NCBI GenBank assembly: GCA_965218095.1
Contig: OZ244587.1
Span: 1,696,001 to 1,760,000 of the forward strand
Source of the DNA: Candidatus Poribacteria bacterium
Lineage (GTDB): Bacteria > Poribacteria > WGA-4E > PCPOR2b
Length of the DNA stretch: 64,000 bases
Direction: 5' to 3'
This document shows, piece by piece, positions 63,454 through 64,000 of the stretch (position 1 is its first letter; each line of letters begins with the position of its first letter). Both the position numbers and the translations under genes were made by a program. The notes under the pieces were generated by a model. It saw only the letters and a program-made list of their open reading frames with translations, did not search any database and was not told the DNA's origin.

Positions 63454-64000
63454 ATGATGACAAAATACAAACTAATCGCCCTTGATATTGACGGCACACT
63501 GACCAACTCTCATGGAAAGATTACCGAGCGCACGAAGAAAGCGGTACATCGCGTCGCCCAAATGGGAGCGACGATCGTTGTCGCAACCGGGCGGCGTTCC
63601 TTCACAGCAAAGCTGAAGGTCTTACAACTCGAACTTCCGGGGGTGCTCGTCGCAGCCTATAACGGTGCCATCCTCAAGCGGCTCAACGGCGATCTCATCT
63701 ATCATCGATTGCTCTCCCGCAGCATTGCGCAGCATGTCGTGAAGGTCGCCAGAGAACTCGGTCTCTGCCCGATCATTTTTGAGGGAACACAGGACGCGGC
63801 AAACATACTCGTTGAGGACTACGGAGATCGGATTGATGCCGGGCAACAGCGGTATCTTCGGGAGAATCAAGAACACCTGAAATGGGTCGATGATCTCGCA
63901 GCAGATTTGCCGGGCGACGTGATTGAAGTCATCTGCGTTGTCCCCGCGGATGCGATGCATGAGATCGCTGCAACTTTTCAGGCACGCCTGAATGGACAGA
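63454..64000 (+). CDS. Cof-type HAD-IIB hydrolase; runs off the right edge
   Basis: Manual translation YKLIALDIDGTL, VATGRR, YNGA. Confidence 0.9.
   Translation, partial: MMTKYKLIALDIDGTLTNSHGKITERTKKAVHRVAQMGATIVVATGRRSFTAKLKVLQLELPGVLVAAYNGAILKRLNGDLIYHRLLSRSIAQHVVKVARELGLCPIIFEGTQDAANILVEDYGDRIDAGQQRYLRENQEHLKWVDDLAADLPGDVIEVICVVPADAMHEIAATFQARLNGQ

Overview
Bacterial window of moderate GC. It is probably from Candidatus Poribacteria or a relative, inferred from the QNxPNPFNPETWIPY C-terminal domains, the WD40 LPDDAIARLGK motif, and the PhyH and Gfo/Idh/MocA paralogs. 1-22 kb is a metal-homeostasis island with two divergent units, each headed by a Cys/His-containing leader ORF ending in a RAPP motif. 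The leftward unit runs DUF3347 protein - TolC - multicopper oxidase - FMN-binding protein - four-helix-bundle protein - Rieske - cytochrome b. The rightward unit runs His-rich lipoprotein - TonB-dependent receptor. An M36/M4-type modular peptidase sits between them. 22-48 kb holds oxidoreductases, iscS-mrp-glcD, many pseudogenes, nested IS982/IS5/IS3/IS701 elements and MITEs, and an ORF-less group II intron remnant. 48-64 kb holds a clpX-like gene, an rrf2-cysK-cysH-moaD-Mov34-NIL sulfur cluster and glmM-yvcK-glmS. Top leads: (i) a four-helix-bundle gene cassette framed by inverted 8-mer arrays, with an empty look-alike elsewhere; (ii) the paired RAPP leaders; (iii) a sulfur-carrier protein lacking its diglycine, whose read-through would end in RGG; (iv) a duplicated promoter bracketing the peptidase. 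No rRNA, tRNA or CRISPR array was recognised. All calls are from motif recognition by eye, with no database searches.
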